64,000 bases of DNA from an uncultured bacterium (GTDB taxonomy: Bacteria; Acidobacteriota; HRBIN11; JAKEFK01), in the NCBI GenBank assembly GCA_963777505.1, contig CAVZQN010000001.1, positions 192,001 through 256,000 of the forward strand, given 5' to 3'. Positions 9,954 through 20,179 of this stretch are shown here, in pieces (within the stretch, counting starts at the first letter, position 1; each line of letters opens with the position of its first letter). A program made the translations under genes and the position numbers. The notes beneath the pieces were generated by a model. The model saw only the letters and a program-made list of their open reading frames with translations, was not told where the DNA came from and searched no databases.

Positions 9954-10052
9954 CGCGAGCCGGACAATAGTCGTCAATCATAGCGTAATCCAGAGTCCAG
10001 TAACTCCATGCTAAAATCAGTCGTAATTTAGGGATAGCCTTCAGGACTTAGG

Positions 10053-12488
10053 TTGGGGAAGCCTTTGGATGATCGTTTAACAGGTCAGACGGTTTCGCAC
10101 TATCGAATCCTCGCGAAGCTCGGTGGCGGCGGAATGGGAATCGTCTATGAAGCAGAAGATATTTCTTTACGCCGGCGTGTTGCGATCAAATTCCTTCCTG
10201 ACAATTTACTCGATAGCTCTGATGCAATCGAACGCTTTCGACGCGAAGCACGTGCAGCATCTGCTCTGAATCATCCGAACATTTGCACGATCTATGAAAT
10301 TGGTGAGCACGAAGATCGTCCTTTCATCGTGATGGAATTGATGAAGGGTCAAACTCTAAAGCATCGCATCGGTGGACATCCGATGGAGATCGCACACACA
10401 CTGGAATTGGGAATTCAGATTGCTGATGCACTGGATGCCGCACATGCTGAAAGAATCATCCATCGTGATATTAAGCCTGCAAACATTTTTGTGACCGATC
10501 GCGGTCATGCAAAATTATTGGACTTCGGATTAGCCAAACGCACCGTACCTGCGTAGATGAAAACCGGACAGATCACCGCAAGCTTTGAAGAGAGTCTTAC
10601 GAAAACGGGTTCCACAATGGGAACGATTGCGTACATGTCACCCGAACAAGCTCGGGGTAAGGAACTCGATCAACGTACCGATCTTTTTTCCTTTGGCGTG
10701 GTTCTTTATGAAATGGTCACGGGGGCACTGCCGTTTTCAGGAAATAGTTCTGTCGAAGTGTTGGAAGGAATTCTTACAAAAGCTATACGTTTCGCCAGTC
10801 CGATTGAACACAAATCTTCCCGAAGACCTGCAGCACGTTATCGAAAAATCATTAGAAAAAGATCCTGCCCTGCGGTACCAGCATGCTTCTGAAATGCGCA
10901 GCGATTTGCAGCGGCTAAGGCGGGATACCAGCTCAGTAGTAGAAAAACATACAGCCACTCTCACAGAAACTTTGATTCCTATCGTGAGCGAGAATACACA
11001 AAGTGCTCGCAGTCGTTGGCCTTTATATATAGGAATAGCGGCCGCACTCATCGGAATTGGGCTAGCGGCACAATCTTTTTTTAACGATCAAAAACCTGAG
11101 AAATCGCAGACACAATCTGTATCAGTCCAAAATCCATCCCCTTCCATTGCAGTCCTACCCTTTGCAAATATGAGCGATGACAAAGCAAATGAATATTTTT
11201 CGGATGGCCTTGCAGAAGAAATTCTGAATATGCTTGCACAGATTCCTGATCTTCGCGTTACAGCACGCACTTCGTCATTTCAGTTCAAGGGTAAGAACCA
11301 GGACTTGAAGAGCATCGCCCAAAAACTCAACGTCGCTAACATATTAGAAGGAAGCGTACGCAAAGAAGGAAACCGTGTAAGGATCACAGCACAGCTCATC
11401 AACGCAACGGATGGCTTTCATTTGTGGTCTCAGACTTATGATCGTGAAGTGAAAAGTATTTTTGCTGTGCAAGAAGAGATCGCTCATGCAGTAGCAGAGG
11501 CACTCAAAGTGAAGTTACTCAAGAAGCAAGGTTACATCTTCCGGTACAACGAACCCTGAAGCCTACAATGCATTTCTTCAGGGGCGTTTCTTTGGCGAAA
11601 TCAGGACGAAAGAAGGCCGGGAAAAGGCAGTTGAGCACTATCAAAACGCAATCGCACTCGATCCCGAATATGCGCTTGCCTGGGCTGGATTGGCTGAAGC
11701 GCAAGCTTATCAAGCAGGCAATGGTTATGTGCCAAAGGAGGTTGGTTTTAAGAAAGCAAAAGCCTCAATAGAGAAGGCTCTTGAACTGAACCGTGATCTT
11801 GCAGAAGCTTACGCCACTCTAGGCTTGGTCCATATGTGGAGCGATTATGATTGGGAGGGAGCGGAGCAGGCGTTTCAACGTGCTTTGGTTCTTAACCGGA
11901 AAAGTGCAGTTGCGGTACGAACAATGGCTCTGTTTTATTTGTATGTCGGCCCTCTGGAGAAGTCCATTGAATTGGGTCATCAAGCACTTGAGCTTGACCC
12001 GTTAAGTGCCACTACCCATTACAATCTGGGCCGTGCTTATTATTCCGCCGGACGTCTTACTGAATCGGAACAAGCCTTCAAGAAAGCGTTAGAGTTGGCA
12101 CCAACGCATGCAGGTGCGCGGAATTTCCTGGGGCGGGTTTACCTGGCACAGAACCGGCTGGAGGAATCACTCACTGAAATGGAAAAAGTCTCAGACGCTG
12201 ATTGGCGCCTTTTTGGTTTGGCCATTGTGTATCATGCGCTTGGCCGTGAAAAAGAGTCTGAGGCGGCTCTCAACGAACTCATTCGAAAATACACCGAAAA
12301 TTTGCGCTTACCAGATAGCTCAGGTTTACACACAATTAGGCCGGAAAGCTGAGGCTTTCGAGTGGCTGGAACGGGCTTACAATGAGCGCGACACGGGAAT
12401 GGGACTGATGAAATTCGACCCATTATTTAAGCCGATTGCACAAGAGCCCGAGTTTGCAGCGATGCTGAAGAAAATGAACTTGAATTAG
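10053..12488 (+). pseudogene. Ser/Thr protein kinase - TolB-like - TPR protein, interrupted by 1 in-frame stop and 3 frameshifts
   Basis: [31 protein letters not shown]; TM; SIAVLPFANMS..YFSDGLAEE (TolB_N-like); TPRs. Lesions: TAG at 10554, shifts at about 10785, 11530 and 12297. Confidence 0.85.
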
Positions 12489-13969
12489 ATTCTGGGGACG
12501 TTTGTGTATTTTGAGGCGGGAGTCGCGCGACCGAACGCCCAACTGCGAATTTTCTTCATCTGCTCTTCCATCGTTTTCGAAAGAGGCACTGTTCGCGAAG
12601 TATTCCGAGTAATATCGGTGATTTCGAAATCCTTTCCTGCATGATATGCATCAACACGAGCTCCTGCGACTGCTTGCTCAATTTCAGCGCCAGTCCAACC
12701 TTTTGTTGCAGCCGCGAGAAACACCAGATCAAACTTCGCAATATCGGCTCCATTTCTACGCAAATGGATATCGAAGATCTGCTTTCGTTCTTCATCATTC
12801 GGAAGATCGATAAAAAACACTTGATCGAAACGGCCTTTGCGGATTACTTCAGCAGGCAGAGCATGAATACGATTCGCAGTAGCAGCGACAAAAACCATCG
12901 GTGGCTTTTCTTGCAGCCATGTTAGAAAAGTTGAAAAGATATGTGTGTTTGAGCCTGACTGCCCTTCATCCATCCCAAGGCTGTTTTCAATTTCGTCAAT
13001 CCATAAAACTGCAGGCGCCATTGCTTCAATTGCGCCAAGCGCCTTATGGAATGCATGCTCCGCATTTCCGTACATCCCGGAAAAAATAAGATTCATATCC
13101 AATCGAAATAAAGGAACCTTCCAAAGTGTGGAAATGGTTTTAGCAGAAAGACTTTTGCCGCATCCGCTCATTCCCATTAACAAAATTCCTTTCGGGACAG
13201 GCATGCCATCTTCTAACGCTTGTTTGCTAAATAATTTTTCGCGGCGGATTACCCAGTCTTTCAGGTTATCCAGACCACCGATCTGAGACAGATCGTTCAC
13301 CGGAGGGACAAATTCCAGGTACCCCGACTTCTTAATCATCATTTCTTTTTCAACAAAAATTTCCTGAAGTACTGCGGAAGGTTCCTGTTTTTTACTGCGA
13401 AAGATGCGATTCAATGTGTGATTAATTTCATTTAAGGTGAATCCTTTCAACGCGAATGAAATTTGGCTTTGCACTTCAGGTGGAAGTGATAACTGGGGAA
13501 ATTGTTGCTGAATTCTTTTCAACTGTTGTAGAACTTCCTCTTCATCTGGAAGTCCAAGGTCAACAAGTAGAATTTCTTTTCTTAGACTTTCCGGAATTTC
13601 CAACTGAGAGGAAACAAGGAAAATATATTTATCTTTATTCTGTAGCGACTGATAGGCATCTCTCAGGCCGCGCAAAACAAAAGGGTCAGAAAAAAAAGCA
13701 GTAAAATCCTTCAGAACATAAAAGCCCTTCTCAGGGGAGGCTTGAATCGCTTGCAAGGCTTTCAAAGGTTCGCGCGAGTCTGGAAATGATCCAGTCGGAG
13801 TAAAACCTGAAAGACACGTCCATATATAAAGCGGATGATCAGCGCCAAACATTTTGGAAGAAAATCCTTCCAGTAGTTGCATGGCGCGGTTTTCTTCCCA
13901 TGTCAACAGATAGACAAGCGGATAGCGCCCTAAAATAGCATTCTTAAGACTCTCAACAACCCCAGACAA
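12485..13969 (-). CDS. AAA+ ATPase, Ycf46-like
   Basis: IGGLDNLK, GMSGCGKS (Walker A), LWIDEIE (Walker B), ATAN, RKGRFD; degenerate N-terminal AAA domain (YPLVYLLTWEE). Confidence 0.88.
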   Translation of the reverse strand: MSGVVESLKNAILGRYPLVYLLTWEENRAMQLLEGFSSKMFGADHPLYIWTCLSGFTPTGSFPDSREPLKALQAIQASPEKGFYVLKDFTAFFSDPFVLRGLRDAYQSLQNKDKYIFLVSSQLEIPESLRKEILLVDLGLPDEEEVLQQLKRIQQQFPQLSLPPEVQSQISFALKGFTLNEINHTLNRIFRSKKQEPSAVLQEIFVEKEMMIKKSGYLEFVPPVNDLSQIGGLDNLKDWVIRREKLFSKQALEDGMPVPKGILLMGMSGCGKSLSAKTISTLWKVPLFRLDMNLIFSGMYGNAEHAFHKALGAIEAMAPAVLWIDEIENSLGMDEGQSGSNTHIFSTFLTWLQEKPPMVFVAATANRIHALPAEVIRKGRFDQVFFIDLPNDEERKQIFDIHLRRNGADIAKFDLVFLAAATKGWTGAEIEQAVAGARVDAYHAGKDFEITDITRNTSRTVPLSKTMEEQMKKIRSWAFGRATPASKYTNVPRI

Positions 13970-13983
13970 ATTTCACCGAAAAC

Positions 13984-14039
13984 ATTGTAACAGATCTGAT
14001 CCAGCATCCCGCATCGCGCATCTCGCATGATGTTATAAT
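13984..14039. promoter_or_regulatory. Back-to-back extended -10 promoters around a heptamer repeat
   Basis: TGtTACAAT on minus (13992-13984); TGtTATAAT on plus (14031-14039); GCATCCC-GCATCGC-GCATCTC-GCAT at 14004-14028. Confidence 0.5.
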
Positions 14040-14048
14040 TCTCACCTT

Positions 14049-15473
14049 ATGGCGCATTCGGAACACCTCCGCTTACTTTTAACTGATACCTGGAATCAAT
14101 GGCGGAAATCGAATCCAACTACTACCCCCGATTTTGTAGGTTCAGATCTCACAGGAGCCGACCTCACAAACAAAGATCTTCACGGTGCTCATTTTTCAAA
14201 TTCCACTTTGATAAAGACAAATTTTACAGGCGCTGATCTGACAGGCGCAATTTTTTCCGGGGCAAAACTTGAAGGCGCACGATTTTTCAAAGCTCGAATG
14301 GAAAACATTCAGCTTGATTATGCCGAACTCTCATCCAATGACTTTGCTGGTGCAATTCTTAAAGGTGCACTTCTTCGTTACGCCAATCTGACGGAAGTAA
14401 ACTTGAGTGCCAGTAATCTTTCAGGCGCAAATTTTGATGGTGCCAATTTAGCGAAAGCAAATCTTTCCGTTGCGAATCTTGAAGGAGCCATGTTCCGGAA
14501 TGCAAAAATGCAGGGTGCTAATTTATTTGATTCCAATCTGAATCGAGCAAGTCTGGAAAATGCCGAAGCAGCAGGCGCGAACTTTATGAAGGCCGATGCG
14601 ACAGGCGCCATTTTTACGCATGCCAAACTCCAGAATACTCGGTGGCAAGGCGCGAAAATCAATCAATGTCTTTTGAAAGGCGCCGATTTAACTGAATCGT
14701 TTTTCCGTCAATCTGAAATTCATGATTCCGTCTGGGATGGTGCAATCGCAGCCAGAAGTGATTTTTCGCTTTGCTCGATTAAGAAGTCGAACTTTCGGCA
14801 TGCGGAAATCGAACGAATCAAACTGACAGATGCTGTTATCGAGGAATGTGATTTCGGTGATGCATTGTTAAACAATACTGACTTTCGGTTCACCAGGGTA
14901 CATGCGTGTAAGTTTGCACACGCAAAAATGGCGAATGTATTGTTCTTCAGGCAATCATTGCAGCATATGATCTTTGATGGAGCCGATCTGACTGCGGCGG
15001 ATTTTCGCGAGTGTATGATCGTTGCATCTTCACTTCAATATGCTAATTTAAGTGGCTCACAATTTCGCAAAGCAACGTTCAAAGATTGCAATCTTTTCGG
15101 AATAAAAGCGGCTTCTTCCGACTTCGGAGGTGCGCAGATGGCGAGGTGCAATCTTGGAAAGGCCGACTTCGCAGATGCGGATCTGCGTTTTGCTGTTTTA
15201 ATCGGAGCCAACTTAAAATCCGCAAGCCTAAAGCATGCGAATCTTATTTGTGCTGACTTGCGGGAAGCTCAACTCGTCGGAGCTAATTTTTGGGGAGCTT
15301 CGCTGAGGAAGTCTCGCATCCAGGGTTCAACACGAATTTCAATCTTGCCATATGTTGCTCTTGGAAAAATCTTTTTTCCTATCCAAAAAGTCTTGAAGAA
15401 AAAACAGCAGAAAAAGCTACAAGAACATCAAGAACGAGTTGAAAAACTCGTGAAAGAACGCGTGAAACGGTAA
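14049..15473 (+). CDS. Pentapeptide repeat protein
   Basis: Dozens of A(D/N)LxG-type pentapeptides after an N-terminal WNQWRKSNP cap. Confidence 0.92.
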   Translation: MAHSEHLRLLLTDTWNQWRKSNPTTTPDFVGSDLTGADLTNKDLHGAHFSNSTLIKTNFTGADLTGAIFSGAKLEGARFFKARMENIQLDYAELSSNDFAGAILKGALLRYANLTEVNLSASNLSGANFDGANLAKANLSVANLEGAMFRNAKMQGANLFDSNLNRASLENAEAAGANFMKADATGAIFTHAKLQNTRWQGAKINQCLLKGADLTESFFRQSEIHDSVWDGAIAARSDFSLCSIKKSNFRHAEIERIKLTDAVIEECDFGDALLNNTDFRFTRVHACKFAHAKMANVLFFRQSLQHMIFDGADLTAADFRECMIVASSLQYANLSGSQFRKATFKDCNLFGIKAASSDFGGAQMARCNLGKADFADADLRFAVLIGANLKSASLKHANLICADLREAQLVGANFWGASLRKSRIQGSTRISILPYVALGKIFFPIQKVLKKKQQKKLQEHQERVEKLVKERVKR

Positions 15474-15494
15474 CTCGATGCTTGATGCGTGATG

Positions 15495-15565
15495 TAGCCC
15501 CCGGCGTAAGCCGGGGGAAAAGAATGCTTGTTAGCGTTCCAGCCCGCCGAAGGCGGGCGTAAGAG
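15495..15565 (+). repeat. Half copy of the TAGCCCC-CGTAAG double-hairpin element
   Basis: TAGCCCCCGGCGTAAGCCGGGGG...AGCCCGCCGAAGGCGGGCGTAAGAG matches 58053-58122. Confidence 0.8.
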
Positions 15566-15572
15566 TAACCAA

Positions 15573-16895
15573 ATGCAACGCAATTCTCCCCCAAGGCTAA
15601 CGCTTTTGGTTATTCTCCTTTTCACAAATTTTGCGCTCGCGTCCGATCCGATTTCAGACTTGATGAATGCAGATCATGATGTCCGCCAGAATGCGGCAAA
15701 ACAAATTCTGCAATCCAAGGATTTACGTTACGTCCCTTCACTTGCTGAGGTTGCATTTTTCTGGACAATCAAACGGAACCGCGAGTCGGTCGATGAGATT
15801 AGCAATGTCCTCCAGAAACTTACCGGCGAGAAAGAGCAGGAAAAATATTTTGAATGGCTTCAATGGATCGGGAAACATCCAGAAATCAAACCATTACCGA
15901 ACTATGTCGCCTTAAAACGCAGTGTTTTTCAAACAATCGATCCGGCCTTAGCTTCATTTCTTGAAAATGAAAGCTCAATTCGAATCAGGCCTGAAGAGAT
16001 TGTTTGGGGTGGAGTTCGCAAAGACGGAATCCCCGCGTTAGTAAATCCTCCGAATATCTCTGCGAGTGAAGCCGGCTATTTGCGCGATTCAGATTACGTA
16101 TTCGGAATCGTTCTTGGCGGTGAAGCCCGCGCTTACCCATTGCGAATTATGGATTGGCATGAAATGGCGAATGATGTTGTCGGTGGGGCTCCAGTATCAA
16201 TTCCGTACTGCACACTCTGCGGTTCTGCGATTGCATACAATCCAAAAATTGGCGAAACAACTTATACCTTTGGTTCATCGGGACTACTTTATCGGTCAAA
16301 CAAATTGATGTACGACCACAATACCCAAAGCCTTTGGAGTGCACTAAGCGGCGAACCTGTGGCAGGCAAACTCGTCGATCGTGATTTGAAACTCGAAGTA
16401 TTACCGATTGTGCGAACGACCTGGGGTGAATGGAAACGTAAACATCCTGAAACTACAGTACTCGATATTCGTACCGGACATGACCGCGACTACAACAAGG
16501 AACCATATAAAGAATATTTTGAAAGCAGTAAAACGATGTTTCCTGTGCCTGTAGAAGATTCAAGAGTTGCTTTAAAAGAGTTTGTTTTTGCACTTCGAAT
16601 TGGAAAAATACGCAAAGCGTATCCATTGAAACTCTTGGCATCGAACCCTTTCCTTCATGATACCGTTGGCGAAGTCAAGGTGGCTCTTGTCACGCAGGCG
16701 GAAGCAAAATCGGTTCGAGCATATCGATGTGATTCGATTCAAGCAGAATCATCATGGAAAGCAGAAGAGGAATTTCTAATTTCACCTGATGGACATACGA
16801 AGTGTCCACGTTTAGGTGGACACCTCGCGTATTGGTTCGGATGGTTTGCGCAATTTCCGGATACGGAACTTTTTACCGCAGAGAACGCAAATTAA
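15573..16895 (+). CDS. DUF3179 domain protein with N-terminal HEAT-like region
   Basis: Signal peptide; GGVRKDGIPAL, RAYPLRIMDWHEMAND, YCTLCGS, SGLLYRSNKLMYD, YWFGW. Confidence 0.85.
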   Translation: MQRNSPPRLTLLVILLFTNFALASDPISDLMNADHDVRQNAAKQILQSKDLRYVPSLAEVAFFWTIKRNRESVDEISNVLQKLTGEKEQEKYFEWLQWIGKHPEIKPLPNYVALKRSVFQTIDPALASFLENESSIRIRPEEIVWGGVRKDGIPALVNPPNISASEAGYLRDSDYVFGIVLGGEARAYPLRIMDWHEMANDVVGGAPVSIPYCTLCGSAIAYNPKIGETTYTFGSSGLLYRSNKLMYDHNTQSLWSALSGEPVAGKLVDRDLKLEVLPIVRTTWGEWKRKHPETTVLDIRTGHDRDYNKEPYKEYFESSKTMFPVPVEDSRVALKEFVFALRIGKIRKAYPLKLLASNPFLHDTVGEVKVALVTQAEAKSVRAYRCDSIQAESSWKAEEEFLISPDGHTKCPRLGGHLAYWFGWFAQFPDTELFTAENAN

Positions 16896-16896
16896 A

Positions 16897-18552
16897 TCAT
16901 TTCCGTGCTTTTTCGAATTCGTCACCAGGCTTCCAACCGGTTTGTCCGGACATTTCTGCAACACGCCAGCCTATATAAACTCCAAGCCGTGCGAGTTGTT
17001 TACCTGATGAATAATCCCAATTCGAATCGATTTCATCGGAAGGCTGATGATAATGCTTTTCGTTGTATACCTTATAAAGGTTTTCACCATAATCTGCAGG
17101 TTTACCCTTAATTGAGTTCCCCAGATCCAACGAAAATGCAGGGACACCAACACGAGCCATGCTGAAGTGATCGGATCGATAATAGTATCCGGCTTCAGGA
17201 TGTTGTTCCGGTACAATCGATAATCCCATAGCTTTTGTAATCTCCTGAACCAAAGGCCAGACAGAAGTCCGTTCAGAGCCGGTTAAAACAACATCAGTGG
17301 TTTCACCAGCTAATGTGACTCCGTCATAATTCAGGTTCAGCATCATCTTTTTTGCAGGCATAGTTGGATTTTGTCCGAAATATTCTGAGCCTTTCAGGCC
17401 GCGTTCTTCACCTGTTACAGCAAGAAACAAGATCGAGCGTGGCGGCCTAACAGATGAGGATGCAAATGCGCGAGCCAATTCAATAAGAAGTGCGGTACCG
17501 GAAGCATTGTCCAGTGCACCATTGTAAATATTATCTCCATCCACAGGCACGCCGACACCTAAATGATCATAATGTGCGCTATAAACAATTGCCTCTTCCT
17601 TGAGTTTTGGATCAGAACCTTCCAACTTACCAACTACATTCTCTGCATGAAGTGGGCGTGTTTTAGCAAGAAGTTTTCCTTCAACTCGCAAAGGAAGTTC
17701 TATAGGCTTGAAACCTTTCGTTTTTGCTTTATCAAATAGCGAAGTAAGATCGGTTCCTGAAGCAGCAGCTATCTTTTTCGCAACATCTTCATGGATCCAT
17801 CCTGCCATCGGTACTGCATACTGCCCTTCCGGATTTGCAAGGAAAGCTTGTTCACCGGACCACGAATTGCGAACCACATTCCAACCATAACTTGCCATCG
17901 CTGTGTTATGAATTAATAAGATTCCGGCAGCTCCCTGTCGCGCAGCTTCTTCATATTTATATGTCCATCTGCCGTAGTAGGTCATTGCTTTACCGCCAAA
18001 CAGTTTTGGATCGCCTAGCGGGGGATCATTGACCAGGGCAAGGACAACTTTTCCTTTCGGATCTATTCCGCTGTAGTCATTCCAACCAAATTCCGGAGCA
18101 GTGATTCCATAGCCGACAAAAACGAGAGGTGCATTGATTATTTCTTCACTCTTGTGAGTGAGTGCATTTGCAATGAAGTCATCCAAATATCTCAACGGCA
18201 TTGGATCACCCTTTGAAGGCACAAGCTTCAAGGTCGTTTCAGGTGATGTTATTAAGCCGAGCAAGGGTACTTCTTGCATATAGGTTCCCTTTTCTCCGGC
18301 TGGTTTCAACCCGGCTTGTTGAAATTGTGTTGCGATATATGCGGCCGCAATATCTCCCCCACGTTGTCCGGTGCCTCTTCCTTCAAGCAAATCGCTTGAA
18401 AGAAATTGAAGATCCGCCTTCATACGATTTGTATTGAATGCATCAGCAATCTTCTGAGCAGCAGGTGGAACAGTATTCGTTTTTTCAGCAGCAAGATATG
18501 CTGTTGTTAACAGGATCGCAGCCAGAGTTAGCTGCATCAATCTCTTCATCAT
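16897..18552 (-). CDS. M28 family metallopeptidase with PA domain
   Basis: Signal peptide; EGRGTG, SAHYDHLG, NGALDNASG, TGEERGLKGS, RSDHF, YHQPSD. Confidence 0.92.
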   Translation of the reverse strand: MMKRLMQLTLAAILLTTAYLAAEKTNTVPPAAQKIADAFNTNRMKADLQFLSSDLLEGRGTGQRGGDIAAAYIATQFQQAGLKPAGEKGTYMQEVPLLGLITSPETTLKLVPSKGDPMPLRYLDDFIANALTHKSEEIINAPLVFVGYGITAPEFGWNDYSGIDPKGKVVLALVNDPPLGDPKLFGGKAMTYYGRWTYKYEEAARQGAAGILLIHNTAMASYGWNVVRNSWSGEQAFLANPEGQYAVPMAGWIHEDVAKKIAAASGTDLTSLFDKAKTKGFKPIELPLRVEGKLLAKTRPLHAENVVGKLEGSDPKLKEEAIVYSAHYDHLGVGVPVDGDNIYNGALDNASGTALLIELARAFASSSVRPPRSILFLAVTGEERGLKGSEYFGQNPTMPAKKMMLNLNYDGVTLAGETTDVVLTGSERTSVWPLVQEITKAMGLSIVPEQHPEAGYYYRSDHFSMARVGVPAFSLDLGNSIKGKPADYGENLYKVYNEKHYHQPSDEIDSNWDYSSGKQLARLGVYIGWRVAEMSGQTGWKPGDEFEKARK

Positions 18553-18590
18553 TTATAAACTCCAAGAAAATTTTGTGGTAGTAGTACGCT

Positions 18591-18694
18591 GAGGCCCGGC
18601 TTTGCGGAGATGAGGAGCGAAAGCCGGGCCTCAATATTCTAATACAAAAAGCCCGGCCCTCGCACCCTGCATCCGCAGGGCGGGCCTTAGGGCT
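18591..18694 (-). terminator. Two GC-rich hairpins downstream of the 18697 gene (intrinsic terminator-like)
   Basis: GAGGCCCGGCTTT...AAAGCCGGGCCTC (18591-18632), and a hairpin followed by a T-run on minus (about 18646-18694). Confidence 0.5.
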
Positions 18695-18696
18695 GA

Positions 18697-20025
18697 TTAT
18701 TTCTGTGCTGGGATTGTGAGATTCAGTTTTACAAGTCCTGAAGTTTGAAACGACTGTCCAGGAGATGTAAATTGTGCAATTGTGTACAAGGCTGAAAATC
18801 GATATCCAGGCATATTCGCAACTGCAGGCAAAGTGATCAGCTGCGTTGTGATCGCGGTATCCGTCGCAGAAGTCGTATCCACTCTTATTGGTGCTCCCAG
18901 CGCTGCGCCGTTCGCATCCAGAGTTTGAGCCCAAAGAGTAGCGGCACCTGTTTCGCTGAACGGGTTCTCTATCGCCAGAAGGATCCCACGTCGAACTGTA
19001 TTCACGGTATTAAAAGCTACCGACGGATAGAACAATTTTGTGTTATTTTTCGGCGGGCGGAATGCAGTAATGACTGCCCCACTTAACTTTCCGGCTGCAT
19101 CAATTTTACGCCTTCGAATGTTTGCCGTATCAACAAAAAACAGATTACCGGCAGTATTCGTTGTAAACGCGATTCTGCTTCCCCATGCAAAAGCCCCGGT
19201 AATATCAATCGCTGTACTGTTTACCTGTGCAAAGTTCGAAGTAGCAATTCCTGTGAGATCAGCATTCAAAGTGCCCAATGAATAATTGGCTCTGGCGCCT
19301 TGAGTACCGCTTTGAACCTGAACAAATGAAATCAGTAATTTATTATTTCCAGGATGAAATACAGCATCTTGTGCAATCGGTCCCCATAATCGATTGGATT
19401 CAATCACTGTTCTCTGAATGAGTACAGCAGAACCATTTAATGAACCTCCACCTGTGAGCAGCGCACCAACCAGGCCGTTGGTTCCATCATCTGCCTGACC
19501 TGAATTTACAATTTCACGGATCCATAGCAGCACATACGTAGAATTTTGGGCATTGAAGACAAATCTCGCACTAAAATTACCCATCGTAGAAGAGACTGAA
19601 TCTGTCGAAACTTTAGCAGCAGTACCTGAAGGACGCCCTTGCGCATTCAAACGCAAAACATAAACATCCGAACGGATCAATTGAATTTGTGGATTATCAT
19701 CGTAAGCCAGTAAAAATTCGTTTCGCGTCGGATTATAAATGACAGCCGGATGAGCCGCATTCGCTGTACTTACAATCGTAAATCGCGGTGAGGCAGGAAT
19801 CCCTTTAGCATTGATAAGACGACCCAGGATCTGACGTCCGGTACTTGTCACTTTTTCCCAAACAACGAGTGTTACTCCAGTGCGGGTATTGGTTGCCACA
19901 ATCTGATTGGCATGAAATGTATTGGGTTCCTTAGCTATAAATGTACTTTTTTGAGTTTGAATGGACTGAGCTTCTGCAACCGTACTCATTATTAAGACGG
20001 CAAGAAGCATCATAAATCGCTTCAT
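18697..20025 (-). CDS. Secreted hypothetical beta-rich (propeller-like) protein
   Basis: AGGAG SD, signal MKRFMMLLAVLIMSTVAEA; repeated xRLNAxG / VxYNP segments. Confidence 0.7.
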   Translation of the reverse strand: MKRFMMLLAVLIMSTVAEAQSIQTQKSTFIAKEPNTFHANQIVATNTRTGVTLVVWEKVTSTGRQILGRLINAKGIPASPRFTIVSTANAAHPAVIYNPTRNEFLLAYDDNPQIQLIRSDVYVLRLNAQGRPSGTAAKVSTDSVSSTMGNFSARFVFNAQNSTYVLLWIREIVNSGQADDGTNGLVGALLTGGGSLNGSAVLIQRTVIESNRLWGPIAQDAVFHPGNNKLLISFVQVQSGTQGARANYSLGTLNADLTGIATSNFAQVNSTAIDITGAFAWGSRIAFTTNTAGNLFFVDTANIRRRKIDAAGKLSGAVITAFRPPKNNTKLFYPSVAFNTVNTVRRGILLAIENPFSETGAATLWAQTLDANGAALGAPIRVDTTSATDTAITTQLITLPAVANMPGYRFSALYTIAQFTSPGQSFQTSGLVKLNLTIPAQK

Positions 20026-20179
20026 GGAATCTCTCCTATTATGGTTTCGACCTTTATCATAAGTAATTCTGTTTAGAGTGTCACTTCTCAAAAAACTGAG
20101 ACTCAACCGCCAAGTCTCCTGAGTTCTTGATGCTCGGCAAAAAAGCTTGTATGATCATGATCTCCCGGAGGTTGCTTTC

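Noticed and set aside
8784-9977. Multiple long overlapping or antisense ORFs
   Set aside because: Expected from stop-codon scarcity in the GC-rich gene; no recognisable motifs
10554-10556. Pyrrolysine or stop readthrough at the kinase TAG
   Set aside because: The gene has three further frameshifts; local compensating indels explain the stop; no pyl genes in the window
12485-15473. Anti-phage defence pair (AAA ATPase + pentapeptide protein)
   Set aside because: The genes are divergent, the ATPase is Ycf46-like, and there is no effector or defence-island context
15573-16895. Selenoprotein form of DUF3179
   Set aside because: The CxxC is encoded by Cys codons; no in-frame TGA
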